Below are positions 59,681 to 64,000 of a DNA stretch of 64,000 nucleotides, one piece after another; position 1 is the first letter of the stretch, and each line of letters begins with the position of its first letter. The DNA is from Candidatus Bathyarchaeota archaeon (lineage in GTDB: Archaea; Thermoproteota; Bathyarchaeia; Bathyarchaeales; Bathycorpusculaceae). The stretch is from contig OY969706.1 in NCBI GenBank assembly GCA_963702095.1, positions 832,001 to 896,000 on the forward strand. The letters are read 5' to 3'. The translations under genes and the position numbers were made by a program. The notes beneath the pieces are model-generated. The model was not told where the DNA came from and made no database searches. It saw only the letters and a program-made list of their open reading frames with translations.

Positions 59681-60613
59681 TCATCCCCTCTGCAATTTTT
59701 TGTGCCCATAGCCATTGCGGTGAGCACCATAGAACCCAAAAAGCCACGCAAAACGCTTGTAAGTGTAATGTATAGGCAACAGAAAAGTTGCTGCGCGGTG
59801 GGTTAACAGGTAGGCATCGGGTGTACGTAGAACGCCTGCTATAAAGCCTCCGAGTGGAGTCAATTTCCAGATGTTAATTGAATCAGGGTCCTTGTGATGT
59901 ATGTAGTGTGCGCCGCGTCCATACCAGATGTATTGGCGCCAAAGTGACAGCCAAGATGCCCGCGTGGATTCCGTGAATCTCTCTTTCGTTGTTTTTAATT
60001 CCCAACCCTTTACCTTGACACGGTAAGCCATCTCGGTGTCTTCTGCAGCGCCGTTAATGCTGGTGTCAAAGCCTCCGACTTCGCGAACTGCCTCCACACG
60101 GTAGATTGCGCCTTCAGCCCCGGGAAGCCACCCGAATTTAGATGCTTTCGCACGCTGCTCAAAAACTGAGTCAACCGCGTAAACGACGTTTTCTAAATCC
60201 GCGGCTAAACCATGTCCATAGTGTACGTTGTATTTTCCAGCGGCAATCCCCACTTCGGGATGCTGCTCCATAAACGCCACTTGATTCTGCAGGTAATCGC
60301 CGGCGAGAGTCATGTCTGCGTCCAGCCAAACGATGTATTTGCCACTGGCTTTCTGCACAACCATCTGCCGAGCAATGCCCAAGCCGCTGCCTTCCTGAAA
60401 AATCTGGAGTTTGCCGAAGTCTGCTGTTAGGTTGCTTTTGATTATCTGTAGTGTGCCGTCTCTGCTGTTGCCGTCAACCACTATTAACTCGGTTTTTTCG
60501 GCTGGGAATGTTTGGTAGCATAGGCTATCGACGGCTTTTTTGATTGTTTCTGCGCCATTTTTTACACATAAACCAACTGTAACTATGAGTGATTGGGAAG
60601 TCAAATTTTTCAA
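59681..60613 (-). CDS. Glycosyltransferase GT2 (tandem paralog of the 58778 gene)
   Basis: VTVGLCVKNG, VDGNS.D, WLDAD, GGFD..I.GAAED. Confidence 0.92.
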   Translation of the reverse strand: MKNLTSQSLIVTVGLCVKNGAETIKKAVDSLCYQTFPAEKTELIVVDGNSRDGTLQIIKSNLTADFGKLQIFQEGSGLGIARQMVVQKASGKYIVWLDADMTLAGDYLQNQVAFMEQHPEVGIAAGKYNVHYGHGLAADLENVVYAVDSVFEQRAKASKFGWLPGAEGAIYRVEAVREVGGFDTSINGAAEDTEMAYRVKVKGWELKTTKERFTESTRASWLSLWRQYIWYGRGAHYIHHKDPDSINIWKLTPLGGFIAGVLRTPDAYLLTHRAATFLLPIHYTYKRFAWLFGFYGAHRNGYGHKKLQRG

Positions 60614-60645
60614 CTCAATCGCCCGCTAACGGTAGGTCAAAATTT

Positions 60646-60795
60646 TTATTTTTCTAGTTTAAGACGAAGAGAGAGTCTGCCTTGCTCATCATCTTCTTAG
60701 GGGCTTTGCAGACGGTTCTGTTTTGGCATGTGCAACGCCAATGGGTTGCAGGCGGGTTGAGGGCAAATCCTCAAGCAGAACAGCGGATTTTTGAT
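60646..60795 (-). repeat. Dispersed structured repeat, family A/B copy B3
   Basis: Reverse complement: ATCAAAAA..CTGTTCTGC-TTGAGGATTTGCCCTCAA-N60-GAAGATGATG-N17-CTTCGTCTT-AAACTAGAAAAA. Confidence 0.88.
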
Positions 60796-60818
60796 TAACT
60801 GATAAAGAGCTGCTGCGT

Positions 60819-61991
60819 TTAGATGAGTTGTTTTTCCCTCAGCACTTTCTCGCTTAGCACCATACGTGACTCCTGAATGGGTTTCCAAAGCTTGAACTTT
60901 CGGTTAGTCAAAAAATCCGACAATGCTGTCAACAGAATCAGGTTGTTCTGTATCAACTCAAGCGCCATCATACGTGTCCTCTTAACAGCGAAAACCCCGC
61001 AAAGCATCAGTACCAAAACTAATCCCAACAATGGATACTCAACCACAACAGCCACCGACAAAACAGCCAACACAACCAGCAGCAAGGGATTGAAAAGATG
61101 CAGAAAAATCTCAGGAAGCGCAATCCGCTTGGGGATAGCTAACTTGCCCCTGACTAAAAGGTTGAGGCAGCGTGCCCAAAGATGCTGCAACTGGCTTGCC
61201 CGCCGAATTTTCACGGAGACCTTGTTGCGCCAAACCGTTGGGCTGACGGTGAAGAAACCGATTTCGGGAATCAACAGGGCTCTTTTCTTGTTTTGTATGA
61301 TGTCAAGGGCGGTTCCTGAGTCGTCGGTTGCATGGTTAAACTCCATAATGGCACTGCGTTTGTAGGCTGCAAAGCCGCCTTGGAAAAAAATGGTTGAATG
61401 CAGCTTTGATTCGCCGATGCGTATTGATTGGATGGTGCTGTCGTAGAATTGCTCCCCCATCGTCACCCACGTGTCTGAGGGGTTAAGCAGTAATTCTCTG
61501 GCGGTTATGGCGCCCACGGTTGGGTCAGAGAGGTAGGACAGAGCTTTTGCGAGGATGTCGCTGGGCCAGAAGCAGTCTGCATCCGAGATTATGACGACGT
61601 CAGCTTGGATGTTTTTGAGGGCGTTGTTTAGGCAGCCTGTTTTGCCGAGGTGTTCTTTGCTGTCAAACACGCTGATTTTAGGCATCGGATGGGACGCAAT
61701 GTATTGGTTGACGATTGAGAGCGTGTTGTCTGTGGAGCAATCATTAACCAAAACAACCTCCATCTTGTCAAGCGGATAAACCACTTTAGAGAGGTTCTCA
61801 AGTTTCAACCGAATAACTTTCTCTTCATTATACACAGGGATCAATATGGCTGCTGAGGGAGAATAGCCACTATCAATATCTAGCCCCCATTTCCCCGACG
61901 AACGACGCTTCATATACAAGAAATAAAAGCCGGGAACGCAGAAAAATAAGCCTCCGACAGCAACCCAAGCCACCAAAAGGTAATCAATCAA
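60819..61991 (-). CDS. Membrane-anchored GT2 (PgaC/IcaA-like)
   Basis: N-terminal TM, IPVYNEE, NDCSTD, SDAD, TDD, RR..QLQ.LW, C-terminal TMs. Confidence 0.88.
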   Translation of the reverse strand: MIDYLLVAWVAVGGLFFCVPGFYFLYMKRRSSGKWGLDIDSGYSPSAAILIPVYNEEKVIRLKLENLSKVVYPLDKMEVVLVNDCSTDNTLSIVNQYIASHPMPKISVFDSKEHLGKTGCLNNALKNIQADVVIISDADCFWPSDILAKALSYLSDPTVGAITARELLLNPSDTWVTMGEQFYDSTIQSIRIGESKLHSTIFFQGGFAAYKRSAIMEFNHATDDSGTALDIIQNKKRALLIPEIGFFTVSPTVWRNKVSVKIRRASQLQHLWARCLNLLVRGKLAIPKRIALPEIFLHLFNPLLLVVLAVLSVAVVVEYPLLGLVLVLMLCGVFAVKRTRMMALELIQNNLILLTALSDFLTNRKFKLWKPIQESRMVLSEKVLREKQLI

Positions 61992-62013
61992 AAAATAACC
62001 CCGAAAACGGTAT

Positions 62014-62940
62014 CTAAGAAGAGAGTTTAGCGGTAACAATACCCCGTTCAAAAACACGAAAAGTCTCCAGTGCCTGCCGCTCTTTAGAGACGCCGATAAC
62101 CAATCCACTTACGCCCTCAAGATTCGCCAAGTAGCCTATGGCATCCTCAGGTTTTAGGTACCCTGCGGCTAGGACACTCATAGCTATGACCTCTGCGTCT
62201 TTGGCTTGTTCGAGGGCTTCTTCGCAGTCCTGTTTAGTGGGGCACATTTGGAAACCCACCTTGTTAAAAGATGACACTAAAGTGAGCTTGCTAAAGTCGA
62301 TTTGCCATTCATTGAACTTCGTTACTAAATGGGGAAAGTTACGTGTTTCCAGTCCTGGCCGAACATGGTAGCCTTCGACGAATTTTATGTAGGATTTGAA
62401 GAGGCCCTCCATATTCAACGCCAAAGCCATATCAGTGACTATTTCATGGAGCATAAACGATTTCAACGGCATCTTTCCGCCGCTGGCTGACTTAATCCTT
62501 GAGAGCTCATAAGCCACATAGGTTTTGAGAAGCGCTGAGAGATTAAACCGCAAGAGGCCTCCCAAGTTTGATGCCAACACTTTGGCGTTTGAGGAAAACA
62601 CCATTTCCTTCGCTAAACTTTTAGCCAGCCCCCCGACGCCGCCGGTCTGCGTGGATTTCCGCACGTATTCATAAGCGTAAGGTGCAATCGCGTAGAGGCT
62701 AGCGTTTCCTATTGCCGGGTTGTGGTTGAGGTTTCTAATTATCGAAAGTGTAACGTCGTCGACGCTGAATAAGAAGCCGTCTGCGCCATTCTGCAGGCTT
62801 AACTCGACGAGGCGTGTGGCTTGTTGGGTGCAGTCGGTGTTTTCTTCGCTGGAGCGTACACGTGCCCTTTGCTGCGAAAGGTGGCTGATACCGTGAAAGG
62901 GATTATCCCCCACCAATAAATGCAATGCTCGTTTGGTCAT
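62014..62940 (-). CDS. Hypothetical protein, aldo/keto-reductase-like TIM barrel
   Basis: LLVGDNPFHGISH, FNKVGFQM, IAMSVLAAGYL, VIGVS. Confidence 0.7.
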   Translation of the reverse strand: MTKRALHLLVGDNPFHGISHLSQQRARVRSSEENTDCTQQATRLVELSLQNGADGFLFSVDDVTLSIIRNLNHNPAIGNASLYAIAPYAYEYVRKSTQTGGVGGLAKSLAKEMVFSSNAKVLASNLGGLLRFNLSALLKTYVAYELSRIKSASGGKMPLKSFMLHEIVTDMALALNMEGLFKSYIKFVEGYHVRPGLETRNFPHLVTKFNEWQIDFSKLTLVSSFNKVGFQMCPTKQDCEEALEQAKDAEVIAMSVLAAGYLKPEDAIGYLANLEGVSGLVIGVSKERQALETFRVFERGIVTAKLSS

Positions 62941-63935
62941 TTGATTTGTTCCCTCACTTGCTCCAGAAGAAAGTCGACGCTAAGAGTGCCTTTGAAATTA
63001 GATAGGGCCTTTTGCTCTGCAACTATTGAATCGACGAAGTGTTTGTCTTCACGCCAGTATTCTGAGCCACCCAAAAAATAGCCGACGTTATCGTTCATGT
63101 CATGGCGGTACCAACGGATTGATTGCCCGTCGTTTAGTTTCAGATGGACTTCGTCGTCGTTGGCGGTTAAGGTGCCTTTCTCTCCGCGGATGGTTAAGCC
63201 GAATTCGGGCATTCGGTAGCCCATTTTTCGCCAAGAAACCTCAAATTGTCCCTGCAAACCGTCTGCGCCGGAAACGCCGAAGGTGACGTCATCTAAAGAG
63301 TCCACAGTGATTCTTGAGTTAACTTTGGCGTATGTAACCTTCAAATCGCTAAAAAGCCAAAAAGCCAAATCAACTACATGTGAACCGAGGTCTTCGATGA
63401 CTCCCCCTCTGGCTTTCGATATCGTTGAGCCCTCGGGAGCATAGGCAAAGTCAGAGGAGAAAGCGTATGCATCAAAGCTGTCAATTTCGCCTATACTCTG
63501 CTGTTCGAGGAGAGCCTTTACTTTGATGAAGGTTACTCCGAAGCGTTTCATGTAGCCGACCATGTTTACTCCGTCGCCTTCTTCAGATAACTTGGCAAGT
63601 TCTTCGGAGTGACTGTATTTTGAGGTGAGTGTTTTTTCCACAAAGACGTGTCTGGCAAGGTTTTTGCTATAGATTTCTTTGATGATTGGGTAATGTGAGG
63701 GTATAGGTGTTAAAACGTAGACGGCGTCAAGGTTTAAACGGGAAAACTTATCTATGCTATCAGTGACTGTAGCGCCTCTAAACGCATGTTTAGCAAGGGT
63801 CCTCATCAGGCGGCTTTTATCACAGAGCGCTGCCACCTCCACATTTGGAAGAACCTTTAGGAGGCAAGCGTGCATTATGCCCATTTTGCCTAAGCCTACA
63901 ACGCCTATCCTGATTTTGGAATTACTATTTGCCAT
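62937..63935 (-). CDS. Gfo/Idh/MocA oxidoreductase
   Basis: GVVGLGKMG, FVEK, VGYMKRF, GGVIEDLGSH. The frame is also open upstream to the window edge. Confidence 0.92.
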   Translation of the reverse strand: MANSNSKIRIGVVGLGKMGIMHACLLKVLPNVEVAALCDKSRLMRTLAKHAFRGATVTDSIDKFSRLNLDAVYVLTPIPSHYPIIKEIYSKNLARHVFVEKTLTSKYSHSEELAKLSEEGDGVNMVGYMKRFGVTFIKVKALLEQQSIGEIDSFDAYAFSSDFAYAPEGSTISKARGGVIEDLGSHVVDLAFWLFSDLKVTYAKVNSRITVDSLDDVTFGVSGADGLQGQFEVSWRKMGYRMPEFGLTIRGEKGTLTANDDEVHLKLNDGQSIRWYRHDMNDNVGYFLGGSEYWREDKHFVDSIVAEQKALSNFKGTLSVDFLLEQVREQIK

Positions 63936-64000
63936 GGAATACCTGCGCTCCGAAAAACTGTTATTCTGTAATGCTTCCGCTATTGCAAGGGACTTGTAGG

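Overview
Archaeal chromosomal window, most consistent with Bathyarchaeia (TACK). This is inferred from Cdc6/Orc1, GatDE, RIO2, SmAP, S30e, Elp3 and FtsZ occurring together, plus secreted proteins with C-terminal TM anchors. Bases 1-28 kb hold housekeeping genes interspersed with secreted proteins, a GH5, an exosortase-like multidomain fusion, an IS6-like transposase remnant and tRNA-Leu(CAG) followed by a 1.7 kb islet bounded by a 23-bp tRNA 3' duplication. Bases 28-36 kb hold a PAS kinase, a GT-C, a VPE-CTERM beta-propeller protein and an F420-dependent LLM enzyme. Bases 36-64 kb are a large minus-strand surface-glycan/EPS cluster containing two oppositely oriented secreted proteins with aromatic W/F/H tails. 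The most notable unexplained signal is 11 dispersed intergenic elements in two families. Both have a hairpin / fixed ~60-nt variable spacer / hairpin architecture, and the A/B family shows four compensatory base-pair changes. Several small ORFs missed by the ORF track were found: S30e, a KGG-type peptide, two paralogous CxxC..CPDGTAH proteins and a 31-aa peptide. Single-base frameshifts in at least six genes, including the normally essential gatE, suggest sequencing indel errors.
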